Below are positions 1 to 10,835 of a stretch of DNA of 64,000 nucleotides, in pieces (position 1 is the first letter of the stretch; each line of letters starts with the position of its first letter). The notes beneath the pieces were generated by a model, which worked only from the letters and a program-made list of their open reading frames with translations, did not search any database and was not told the origin of the DNA. The stretch lies in contig JAANOX010000251.1 in NCBI GenBank assembly GCA_020184695.1, positions 1-64,000 of the forward strand. Reading direction: 5' to 3'. Source of the stretch: Histomonas meleagridis 2922-C6/04-290x. Taxonomy: Eukaryota; Protista; Parabasalia. Both the position numbers and the translations under genes were made by a program.

Positions 1-2400
1 ATAGATGAAAAACCAAAACAGCGAGAGCAAAGAATGAAGTATATTGAAAAATCATTAATTAAACAAAAAAACGAAACTCCAAAAGAAAGGAATAAGAAAT
101 ATACACAATTGGTACAAGATATGTATGCAAGAAGACCCAAAAAGAGCCGTGAGGGTGGTTCATTACAAATGAACCAACATCAGGGAATGCAACATTGAAT
201 TTGAGAAAATAGAAAAAGCATTTTAAAGATGAGATGGGAATTCCTCCCAAATTTCCAAAGAAAACAATATTCCAGATATATTTTGTTTGAATAAAAAGCT
301 TAGATAACAAAGATGAAGAATTACTTAGAAAGCTAATGTTACTAGACAGACAAGAATCAAACAAGCAATTATCACAAGACCAAATTTATCAGCTACAGGT
401 CCAGGTGGTCTGTCTAATACCATTTTGAGAAAAATCAAAATTAATATTACAGTCAAATTAATCAGAAACATAATTAAACAAATAATGAGATTCAAGACAG
501 ATTTGATTAACATCAATAGAGGTGTCAGACAAGGTTGTCCTCTATCACCAACACTATTTAATTTATGTCTTGAACCTTTAATTAAAGCAATACAAAATTA
601 TAATAAAAAAGATGGAGTAATTATAGAAGATCCAATGAGAGAAAATGAATTTTTCTTTTTTAATATTCAAGCTTATGCAGATGATGTTATATTGATTTCT
701 AATACACAAGATGGAATGCAAAATATGCTTAAAACAGTAGAAGAATTTTGTAAAATTTTTAAACTTAAAATAGCTTCACAAAAATGCAAAACTATATCTT
801 ATATAAATTTTAATAATAAAAGACCAACGTTGAATGAAAACTTTACTATTAATAATAAAGAAATACCAAATCATCCATTAATGGAATATATAGAATATTT
901 AGGTGCACCAATAGCAATAAATCGTAAAAGTAAAAAACAACATTCTCAAACTAAAATCAATAAAATTAAACAAGAAATCATACAAGTAATTAATTCTCCT
1001 TTAAAAGTTAATCAAATAATAGATGCAATTATAAGAATAATTACTCCTCAATTAGATTTTGAAATGTTAAATGGTTTATGCTCTATTAAAGAACTTATAA
1101 AACTTGATGAATTTATTGAAGGTTCAATAAATCAAATATTAAATACAAAAGGTTTACCAAAAGATTTATTTTATACACATTATAAAGAAGGAGGTTTAAG
1201 TTTAATGTCTTTTAAAGAAAGAAATTATGTGTTACAATTAAGAACATTTACAGGTTTATTATTATCAAAAGATATAAACATTAGGAATTTTATTAGAATG
1301 ACAATGTACAAAGAATTAGATTTCAGGAAAATTAAAGTCAATGAAAACTCACCTTATTTTGGAATTCCATTTGATGAAAAGGGTAAAATCATACAAAATT
1401 CATATAGTAAAACAAATAGTACATTTTGTAGAGCAACAAAATCATTATATAACTTAAAAGTAGGTTCTAAGCCAAATTTAGAAGAAAACAATCGTATTAT
1501 TTATCAAATTAAAAACAAAGAAAATGAAGAAGAATAAGAAGAAACAGAAGAATGTATTAATGAAAAAGATATCACAAAATATCCAAATAAAATGATACGA
1601 AAGAAACATGCAGATAACCTTAAGAAGTTATTATTTAAAGCACATACTTTTTGCACAATAGATAAATCAGCTGACTCAAATTTCTTTCTATCTGATTTTA
1701 GAGCACCAACAAGTAATAATATCATTAAATTCGCAATTCTAGCAAGATGTAATAATTTACCGACAAATGAAATCCTAAATAACAATAATTTAAATATAAA
1801 TTCTAAATGTAATAGATGTAACTTAAAGTCAAAATGATTCATTGATGCTGCATAGAATTAATGATTGCATTAAAAGTGAAAAATATAACTACTAAAAAGA
1901 CATAATGCAATAGTAGAAGAAATAATCATCCAAAGAAAAATAATTATAAAGGTAATAATATCCTTATTTAATGAAAACACAGGAGTAATTGATAGAAATC
2001 TCAAAACAATCGGAACATTCAAGCCTGACATTTTGGTATATAAATAACAATAGATTAACAATAATCGAAGTCAATTCCCCTTATGGTACAATTAGAAATC
2101 TTGATGACAATCCAGAATCTACTTCAGTAATCAGAATAAAAAAAAAACAAAATAAATATAAAGAGAATATAGAGTTATGCAAAAATAGACTTAATATATA
2201 TAAGTCGACCTTTATATCATCATTATTTCATCACTAGGTATTATACCAAACTACTAAAGATTCAAAAAGATTATTTAATGGAAATAAAAGGTTGATACAT
2301 TTAGTTTTTAAAAAATGTGTTATTGCAGCACTGTAAGAATCGAAGTGTTGATATTCTATAAGATATACGAGAAAGACAAAAATAAAGAAATAAGAATACT
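1..2400 (+). mobile_element. Decayed non-LTR retrotransposon with restriction-like endonuclease (R2/R4/NeSL-type architecture), 5' part outside the window or deleted
   Basis: RT motifs GVRQGCPLSPTLFNL and AYADDVILI in ORF 425-1537. The frame continues past TAA 1535-1537 into ORF 1592-1837, then a CCHC knuckle (CNRC..H..C, frameshifted), RHNAIV (~1900), KPDI (~2022) and IIEVNSPYG (ORF 1989-2237), which are RLE hallmarks. Right boundary approximate. Confidence 0.88.
425..2340 (+). pseudogene. RT-zinc knuckle-RLE polyprotein, multiply disrupted
   Basis: In-frame TAA at 1535-1537, TGA at 1835-1837 and further frameshifts break an otherwise collinear RT/CCHC/PD-(D/E)xK protein. Confidence 0.85.
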
Positions 2401-3092
2401 AACAATAATTTAAACATTAATTTAGAGAGAAGAAGAAGATTTTAATGTTATAGATGAAGATAATCACTAATCCCTGAAGAAGAAGATGAAGAGAAAAATC
2501 AGAAGAAGTACTACTCTCAGATCTCTAATTCAAGAACCTTTAGATATGAACGAAGAAGAAAGTGAAGGATTTTGTTATATTTACATCAGCAGAAAATAAG
2601 TACTAACAAACCCGTAGAGGGAACAAACAAAAATCTATAATAGAAGATCTGTATCATAATAGATAAAAACAAAGCAAGGAAGAATGAAGACTCGCTGGAT
2701 GAAGATGAGACTCAATATATAGAGGAAAAAGTATTGATGAATTACGGCAAACGTATGAGAGTTGAACACCCGTCTAGACTGTTTACAATACGCGATTGAT
2801 AAGAAGAAGAAAGCGAAATTATTGAAGATTCTACTATTAGACAGAATAAGAAGATCGGAAAAAGTGACACAAACTGTTAAAACGGTTTCGACCACCTCAG
2901 AGGTCAATCATAGTATGGATCATAATAGTGGGATCAACCTACCATGAATTTAAGACGGACGCGTCATTATACAACACATACTCATTCTAGTGAGCGCTAA
3001 TATACGTAAATAAACACCAAATTCCAGCAGCGCGGGATTTTTTATTTTTTCACCTGAGCAAAAAAAAACTTAGAGAGGGAAAAAGTGCACCA

Positions 3093-3395
3093 ATGGATAG
3101 AGCTCCCGGAAAGAAGCAGAACCATATAAGTTCCGATGATTTTCGGAGAATCTCGGAACATATCAGATTATCTCTCCGAAATATGCAACAAAACTCAAAA
3201 CAAGAAACATCAGGAGACTCAAGACCCAGAATAGAACACAGTGATACCTTTTTTAAAGTACAAAGACCATTTTTTGAGTCCGGCCATCCTGATCGATCAG
3301 ATGCAGAAGAAAGTCCAACGGAGGACACGACAAGCAACACAGAAACAACGTACACCAGTCCAGAACCATTCAGAGACAATATGAGGTTGAGGTAA
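3093..3395 (+). CDS. Hypothetical low-complexity S/T/E-rich ORF, possibly the 5' end of another retroelement copy
   Basis: 100-aa ORF in a GC-richer segment (2630-3395) that ends at the compositional switch into the virus-like DNA; no motif recognised. Confidence 0.2.
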   Translation: MDRAPGKKQNHISSDDFRRISEHIRLSLRNMQQNSKQETSGDSRPRIEHSDTFFKVQRPFFESGHPDRSDAEESPTEDTTSNTETTYTSPEPFRDNMRLR

Positions 3396-3548
3396 GCTTA
3401 ATAATAACGATGGTAATATCAGTTTCAATGCAAATAATGATGATATAAATTGTAATTTCATTAATAATATTAATGTAAGTTATTTCTCAGTAAATAATCA
3501 TACTCATAGTGTAATAATATCACTGATAAACCTAATGTTATAGACGCT

Positions 3549-5138
3549 ATGTCAGGAAATTTAGAAGATTGGTATAACGCAGTAGATGATTGTTTAAAAT
3601 TATCAGAAATTATACCTGGAAATTATGAATACACTACAGCAACTTCTTACGGCAATGTAGGTGATATTAATGAAGGTGATACTACTTATGTAGATATAGC
3701 TACTGATAGATTTAAAATTATTAGTTTAGACAATTCATATATTACTTTAAAACAAACTGTTAAAATAACAGTTCCTGATCAAACAAATTTATTATTTAAA
3801 GAATATTATATTGGTTATAAGTGTTCATGTGATGCTATTGATCAATACAGAATTTATAGTAATACTGATAAAATACAAGATATTCATAATGCTAGATATG
3901 AATGGTTTATGTTTTATAACAGTTTATCTGATGAAGCTAAGTCCGGTAATGATTGTTTTGCAACAATTGATAAAATTAGAAATCATGATCCAATGGTACC
4001 GGGTGTTTATGTTGATTTATCAGCAATAAATGCTGCCAAGGAAATTACTGTTGAAATACCTTTACGTATACCGTTATCATACTTCTTATTATTATTTAAT
4101 ATGAGATATTATCCTAATTGGGCAGGTAAACTATCTATAGAATTAATGCCTTCTTATCAAAATTTAGTTATAGCACCAATACCTAATTATGATAATATAT
4201 TGTTAAAAAATGATGATAGCGATAATGATAAGAGAAAATATTATATTGATATTCGAGATATTATTAATAACGGTGACGTAGACTTAGGATTTCGTAATAT
4301 AAATGAAACTGTATATAATAATATCAAAGAAACCAATTCATCTGGATCATATACATATACTGAACAACAATTCATATGTAATACACAAACAACTAAAGAC
4401 ATCAAAATTAAATTAGCAGAATATTTATTAAAAATGGATGTATTTAACGCATTAGCTGCTAAATATATACAAGTTCCGTTATTATTTCCTATACATATAT
4501 GTCAAGTAAGAGATTTCACACAAGAATTTATAGACGATAAATCATCAATAGATACTGCTGCTACAATTGGTATTAGACATTGTGATACATTATTTACAGT
4601 ATTTCGCGTAAATCAATATTCTAGAACATGTTTCTTAAATCCACATATCAGTTACAGATTTAATATTGACGGCAAAATGTATCCACGAGAAGATTATACA
4701 ACAGTAGATGATGCTAAAAATATTAATATGTTATTAGACAGTGTTAATTTAAACGGTAGTTTATTAAGCAGTCTTAATGAAGATTTAAAAACATCAATAC
4801 AGCCATATTATTATAAAAATACTTATAATGCTTCTGGAGTAAAAACTACAACAAGAATTTGGCACGGTAAAGATAATAGTAATTCCTTTATAGGATTACT
4901 TTTTGCGGGAGGTGAAGATTTTCAAGGAGGTATTTCAACAACAGGTACTATACAAATAGAACTTCACGGCAACCATGTAAATACAACTGATTATTTAGCT
5001 ACATATGCGAATGCATCACCTGTAGGTATATATTTTGAAGATGCTATATTAAAAATACGTTCTGTAAAACCAGAAGGAAGATCACAAATTGAAATTACTA
5101 ATGCATCTGTAGAACAAGTTATTAACGGATTACGTTAA
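3549..5138 (+). CDS. Putative double-jelly-roll major capsid protein (copy 1, intact)
   Basis: 529 aa, beta-strand-rich, next to penton-like and packaging ATPase genes. Collinear with the paralog at 14396 (IGYKCS/IGFKSS, GVYVDL/GIYVNL, YPNWAG/YPNRLVG). Fold assignment is inferred from context. Confidence 0.65.
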   Translation: MSGNLEDWYNAVDDCLKLSEIIPGNYEYTTATSYGNVGDINEGDTTYVDIATDRFKIISLDNSYITLKQTVKITVPDQTNLLFKEYYIGYKCSCDAIDQYRIYSNTDKIQDIHNARYEWFMFYNSLSDEAKSGNDCFATIDKIRNHDPMVPGVYVDLSAINAAKEITVEIPLRIPLSYFLLLFNMRYYPNWAGKLSIELMPSYQNLVIAPIPNYDNILLKNDDSDNDKRKYYIDIRDIINNGDVDLGFRNINETVYNNIKETNSSGSYTYTEQQFICNTQTTKDIKIKLAEYLLKMDVFNALAAKYIQVPLLFPIHICQVRDFTQEFIDDKSSIDTAATIGIRHCDTLFTVFRVNQYSRTCFLNPHISYRFNIDGKMYPREDYTTVDDAKNINMLLDSVNLNGSLLSSLNEDLKTSIQPYYYKNTYNASGVKTTTRIWHGKDNSNSFIGLLFAGGEDFQGGISTTGTIQIELHGNHVNTTDYLATYANASPVGIYFEDAILKIRSVKPEGRSQIEITNASVEQVINGLR

Positions 5139-5191
5139 AAATATATATTATAAAAATAATATATATAAAAATAATATATATTATTAAATAT

Positions 5192-5995
5192 TTATTTTTG
5201 TTTGTCTATATTTTCATCAGATGCTGTTATAAGTAAATTACTGTTTTTAATATCTTCATCAATGTCTTCATCAGGTATTGGTCTTATAGATATTGTTATA
5301 TACATAGGTGATAATAAATGAACTTCTTGTATATTAGCGTCAACTAATTTTAATTCTAAATGTGACAAATCACTGCTATTTATTAATACTTCAAAATCAG
5401 CATTATTAACAATAATAGGATAATTATTACTAAAAGAATTATCAATTCTGAGTATTATTTTTGATATATTGATGTTTTCATTTAAATTTCTATAACTACT
5501 TTTACCTAAATTACTTACTATATATAATACAGGTGTTGATAAATAATTCCCTACAGAATCACATAATATTTCATATTTATTAGTTTCTTTATTTAAATAT
5601 GTTGATGTTAAAGGTAAATTTGTATTGTATAAACCTGTTAATTGTTTTATATTATAACTCATATCATTTACAGTAAATTCATTAGCACTACTAAATATTA
5701 ATCTGCTTGTAGAATCAGTCTCAACAATAACATTACTTTTTGTAATTAAACTTGTTAATAAACTCGCAAAACTTGTATAATTTACATCAGTATACTGTGT
5801 GTTAAAAGTATATTTTGTATTATTGATTATTATATAATCATATTTTTCAATGACTACTATATTACAATGAGTTGTTAATGATGTAATTATCATTTTAGCA
5901 AATCTTGTATAAGGTAATGGTAAATTAACATTAATTCTGTTATAATGATTACTGTCATATGATGAAATTATATAATCAATTATTTCATTAAACAT
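5192..5995 (-). CDS. Putative minor capsid (penton) protein
   Basis: 267 aa; C-terminal LSHLELKLVDANIQEVHLLSPMYITISI matches the typical Polinton penton terminal strand pattern (L.L.D.n...v.l....iti.i); PVLYIVSNL strand; convergent with the MCP gene. Confidence 0.65.
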   Translation of the reverse strand: MFNEIIDYIISSYDSNHYNRINVNLPLPYTRFAKMIITSLTTHCNIVVIEKYDYIIINNTKYTFNTQYTDVNYTSFASLLTSLITKSNVIVETDSTSRLIFSSANEFTVNDMSYNIKQLTGLYNTNLPLTSTYLNKETNKYEILCDSVGNYLSTPVLYIVSNLGKSSYRNLNENINISKIILRIDNSFSNNYPIIVNNADFEVLINSSDLSHLELKLVDANIQEVHLLSPMYITISIRPIPDEDIDEDIKNSNLLITASDENIDKQK

Positions 5996-6018
5996 TGTAT
6001 TTTATTTTTATAAAAATA

Positions 6019-6168
6019 ATGATATTTGAATTATATATATGTATTATATCAACAATTTATGTAATCAATTCTGTAATAAATACATTTATAAAAATATATA
6101 ATATTGATATTGATAATGAGGAAGAAGAAGAAATTCCTGATAATATAAAGAAATCATTATATTGTTAA
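6019..6168 (+). CDS. 49-aa predicted membrane microprotein (below the ORF-track cutoff)
   Basis: Manual translation MIFELYICIISTIYVINSVINTFIKIYNIDIDNEEEEEIPDNIKKSLYC*: hydrophobic N-terminus, acidic tail; fills the gap between the penton and ATPase genes. Confidence 0.55.
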   Translation: MIFELYICIISTIYVINSVINTFIKIYNIDIDNEEEEEIPDNIKKSLYC

Positions 6169-6210
6169 AGTTTATTTTTCAACAGTCAGCATTTAATGCT
6201 GATAGCAGTT

Positions 6211-7103
6211 TTACTGCTTAGCTAATGTAATAGTTATTTTTTTGGCTTTTATGTATATATTAAATCTACTGTGTTGATCTCTAATTTTAGAATACTCATT
6301 CCATAACTTATCTACGTCAAAACAACTTGCAGGTGATTCTTTAATCAAATAATAAAAGTCTTCTTTAGAGATACCTGGAAATAATACTATATCAGATAAG
6401 GTTCTTTTCAAATCTTTTGGTATTGATTTTACTGTTTGTACACATACAATAACATTAATATTGAAGTGTCTTAACTTTTTTAATAATTTCATTAAATCAG
6501 TTTCTTTATTTTTTAATAACACGTGATTTGCAAAATCATCTAATATTAATAACATTCTGTGAGGATATGTTTTCCAATTGTAATAAGCTAATTTTAATGA
6601 TATATATTTCAATATCTTTTCTTTTGAATTTAATTTATGTTTAAAAAAGACTCTTTCTAATTCCTCATTAATTTCTTTAAAGTTACTGTTAATATATTTC
6701 ATTATTGAGTTATATTTTAAAATACGCCTCATATATTTGTTTAAGAAATCTAATAAATCGTTATCAGATATCGCTATAAGTTTACTGTTTTTAATTAATA
6801 TTTTAAAAGAATTTACTGTTTCATCAAACTTGTTACTTGTAGAACATATACATATTAACTCATAAAAAAAGGTTCATTAAATAATACTTCTTGTTGAGCT
6901 ACTAATTTTAAATAAGTATAACTTTTACCCGATCCCATAGGTGCAATAAATGCACAAATACCGTTCTGAGAAAATGGATATTTTTCATGTATAGGTTTTA
7001 TTAAAGCATTATCTAATAATACTTTGTTTTTGTTGCTGATCTTATTAAAATTGTTATCTATTTCTTTAAACTTTTTGTCAATAGATTCATATTTATGCTT
7101 CAT
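6211..7103 (-). pseudogene. A32/FtsK-HerA-type genome packaging ATPase, split by one frameshift
   Basis: Walker A APMGSGKS (ORF 6855-7103), Walker B LLILDD and LRHFNINVIVCVQ..IPKDLK (ORF 6211-6732). The frames join if one base is shifted in the A7 run at 6864-6870 (..EPF[F]YELICICSTSNKFDE..NKYMRR). Confidence 0.85.
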
Positions 7104-7165
7104 TTTGTTAAAAATAAAAACACATCATATTTTTAATTGTTTTAATATTTTTTCCTCATATAAAT

Positions 7166-7492
7166 ATGGAATCATTTAAAAGTTATTTGTTAAGTGATTT
7201 TGAAAGTCTTAATTATAAAGCAGTAGATATTAAATTTAAACACTCTGAGAAACCAGGTATCGATAAGAAAACTAAAGAACCTTATATTCGTCACAGTATA
7301 TTAGTAAATATGAAGTTTTATAATCAAAACCTCAAATTATTAAGTGCTGTTAATATTAAATTTATTAATGATAAATTAGCTCCTGTAAGTGCTAAAAAAT
7401 TAAAAAACATATCACCAGATGAGCTCAATAATAAATTTATTGATGCTAAACAACATATTGTAAGTGAAATATGTAATGACATACAAAAATAA
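7166..7492 (+). CDS. Hypothetical viral protein
   Basis: 108-aa ORF, divergent from the ATPase gene, packed within the element. Confidence 0.5.
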   Translation: MESFKSYLLSDFESLNYKAVDIKFKHSEKPGIDKKTKEPYIRHSILVNMKFYNQNLKLLSAVNIKFINDKLAPVSAKKLKNISPDELNNKFIDAKQHIVSEICNDIQK

Positions 7493-7666
7493 AATTGAAC
7501 ATTTAACGTCAAAAATAAATTCTATTAACAATTATTGTCAAACATCTAATATCACATCTAATAAAACATCTAATAATGACCTCGAAAATGATGATATTAT
7601 TAAACCCACAAAATCTAAGAAGAAATTTGATATGTAAAAATGAACAAAAATAAAATAATATTATTT

Positions 7667-9839
7667 TTATAAATTCATCAATGTTTTTACAGGATCTTCA
7701 CTATTAATACATTTATTTTTATACTTATTATTAACATGATATATATATTCATTATCAATATTTTTACCGATCCAATTATCAGCTGATTTAATATATATTT
7801 CCTTGAATATGTGTTCAATTTTAAACTGTCCTAATTTATCGCCAATATATCCTAAATCTAATAATTTGTTATAATCTTCTTCAGATATCAATAAAGAATC
7901 AACTTTAGAATAATATACATCAGATATTAAACTTTTAATATGATTCATTTTATCATTAAAATTATTTAATACTGATCTTGCAAATTGTGGATAAGTAAAG
8001 TGTTCTCTATAAGGTTTTATTGTATATACATAATTATTGGTATCATATTTAATAACATAAGGTGCAAATTCTTCGATATATTTATCAACGCAGCTTTTGC
8101 TGCAACCAGCTTTGCTGGCATTAGTCTTTAATTTTTTATTAAAATTAGGAGGTTTTCTAATAGATGAACCCCAACAACTATTCATCATAAATTTTAATGT
8201 AGTAGATAATTTATTATTGTTATTATTTTTGGCATTCATTCTTAAATTATATAATATTTCAATAAGTTCTTTTATCTTAGTATTTTGACCTTTAAAATTA
8301 CAGTTATTATCAGGTTTACCTATAGGTATTGATGTTACAGATGACATATATGCTCCGTTTAAATCTATATAATAATACTTTCCTGTTAAATGTATTTGTT
8401 TCCAGATAGTCTTAGGAAATATACATTCATTACGTATTTTATTTGAAATATCACCTGATAACTCATATACATTATTAAAACAACCGTATTCATACATTAT
8501 TTTTAACATTAAATCGCTGTATCTGTAATAAGCTTTTACATTAATATTTAAACCTAAATTATTAATAATATTTTGTAATTCATTTAACCTGTAGTTAACT
8601 TCATTATCATCAATATTATACCCAAATAATTTCTTACCGTGTTTCATTCTTTTAACAAAATCAGGTATATACTTCTTATCAGGAATATGTATTAATCTAT
8701 AGCTGTTATAAGGTTTATTAATAGTTTTATAACTCCAACATAATTTATTATAAGTATTAATATCCATAGGTTTTAATAAATTGCATTGTTTCATAGTATT
8801 AATTAAATAATATACAGATATAGGTTTTTCGACATATTCTATTGACTTATTTTTACTATAATTTTTGATACTTTAGATTGATATATTAACACTTTCATTA
8901 AACATATAATGATTATCTATAATGATTAATTTTATAAGTTTATCATATTGTTTACCGTAATCTCTGTGAGTAAAACCTTTATTAGCCATATATCTGACAT
9001 TAATATGTACTTTTAATAAATCTGATATATTATTTAATTCTGATAACGGAACTGTTCTAGTATTTATAAATGATCTTAACATATTAATTTCGTTATCTGT
9101 AAATAAATTGCTAGCAATAAATGATTGTATCAAACAAGATTCATTAATATTTTCATTGTTGACGTTGTTGAAAATACCATATTTTGTAAGATCTATATCA
9201 GTAGTATTAATATACGGAAAAAATCCAGGATTAACTCTTCTACCGTTTTTAAGATCTTTAAACTCAAACTTTATAGATTTAATATTTTTAAAGGTTTTTA
9301 ATGCTAAAGTATTACTGTCACTAATATCATCTTTTTCATTAATTATATTATATAAGAAATTAACTGTGTTCATATTTCCGTGGTAATAAGATATATTATT
9401 ATTATCGTCAATAATTGTCATTCTAATATCTTTATTTATCTTAGGACCTGCTGCCTTTATAGCGTACATTAATGATTTTAACATAATATTGTTTTTATTA
9501 GAATTCACTGTATGAGTAAAGTCTTTCTGAACCATTAATTTCTTAATTAAATCTTTAGTTATATTGTTAACGAATTTATTATGTATAGGTTTTTCTACAG
9601 GTTCATCTTCGGATAAAGCTATATTATAATAATCATCAAAGTAATCATATTTACTGCGTTTATTGTGTTTGATTTTATACTGTAGTTGATTAACTGATAA
9701 ATGATCATATTTATTATTCATTTCATCATAAACTTTGTATTTGGTTTTAGTATTTATATGTTCAAAATTATCTGGTAATGTATAACCGTAATTATTGAAC
9801 AATTCTATTACTTGTTTTTGTTGTTATCTTTTTATGCAT
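7667..9839 (-). pseudogene. Reduced protein-primed family B DNA polymerase derivative
   Basis: Motif A YYIDLNGAY, motif B KFMMNSCWG, motif C YYSKVDSL and GDKLGQF in ORF 7667-8794. ORF 8873-9802 is in frame with it across a single TAA (8873-8875; 78-nt gap with open codons). Probable ATG at 9839, with a frameshift shortly after. Confidence 0.8.
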
Positions 9840-9928
9840 ATATATATTATATTAAAATATAAATAAAATAAATTTTATAAAATTAATTTTTATATCTTGT
9901 TTATTTGTATGTTATTCCTGATGTTGAT

Positions 9929-10483
9929 TTAACAAATTTGAGTGATATTTTTACGTTTATCGATAAATTCTATAACATCTGGAAAACTGTACTTTAAATT
10001 ATATGTTTCGTTATCCTTTTTGACGTATATTTTGCTAACGTAATCATAAGTATTACTCTTACAACAATATGTATCAGTATCAGCTTTTAACAGTTCAACT
10101 TCATTAGTATCACATAATAATTGCAATAATTTAATTAGCTCATCTTCGTCAGCAATTATATATTTATTAACAATTAACGGATTATTTTCAATAATATCTA
10201 AACATAATACTAATGCTTGAATTAATAAATCTTTGTCATGTATGATTTGTTGTAAATTACTGTTCAATTCATTAGCTGTTTCGACAGATCTGTTTTGAAT
10301 GTTTTCGTTATTATCGTTAACGTCAGGATATTTAACTTCTATATGATCTACACTCATAGAACGTTCATAAGGATTTACTACGACATTAACATTTTGATTT
10401 TGTTGCGGACTGTTGATATTTGTATCTACTTTTGCTAAAAAGCCTTTTGAACAAGATAACACTCTTGAATGAGGCACTGACAT
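9929..10483 (-). CDS. Hypothetical viral protein, paralog of 15877-16440
   Basis: 184 aa; C-terminal half similar by eye to the 15877 ORF (small-residue/Cys loop followed by a V..I.V/I strand). Confidence 0.55.
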   Translation of the reverse strand: MSVPHSRVLSCSKGFLAKVDTNINSPQQNQNVNVVVNPYERSMSVDHIEVKYPDVNDNNENIQNRSVETANELNSNLQQIIHDKDLLIQALVLCLDIIENNPLIVNKYIIADEDELIKLLQLLCDTNEVELLKADTDTYCCKSNTYDYVSKIYVKKDNETYNLKYSFPDVIEFIDKRKNITQIC

Positions 10484-10512
10484 ATTTTATTATATGTAAA
10501 AATACTATTGTA

Positions 10513-10818
10513 ATGGACTTATTTGATTATATCAAAGAATTAAAACTTAAAAAAGTGTTTACTATAAAACAATTACCTTATATTGATTTAATCAATTTTT
10601 ATATTGAGGACTTAGTAATATATAAATATGTTATAATTGCTAATAATAATACTTTGAAAAAAGCTAAAAAATTAGGTTTAAAACTCTATAAAATACAAAA
10701 TAATGTAAATATAAAAATAAAACCTCCAATTAAAAACATTGAGAAAGGACGTTATATTTTAATGTATGATCCTAACAAAAATGATGTTATTATATGTACA
10801 GGTGAAGAAAAATATTAA
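10513..10818 (+). CDS. Hypothetical basic viral protein
   Basis: ATG at 10513, in frame with track ORF 10420-10818; divergent from 9929-10483 across 29 bp. Confidence 0.5.
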   Translation: MDLFDYIKELKLKKVFTIKQLPYIDLINFYIEDLVIYKYVIIANNNTLKKAKKLGLKLYKIQNNVNIKIKPPIKNIEKGRYILMYDPNKNDVIICTGEEKY

Positions 10819-10835
10819 TTATAATAATATTAACT

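Noticed and set aside
2602-2617. ACTAAC as a trichomonad intron branch point
   Set aside because: It is followed by AAACCCGTAG, not the conserved ACACAG spacing, and no matching gene context exists
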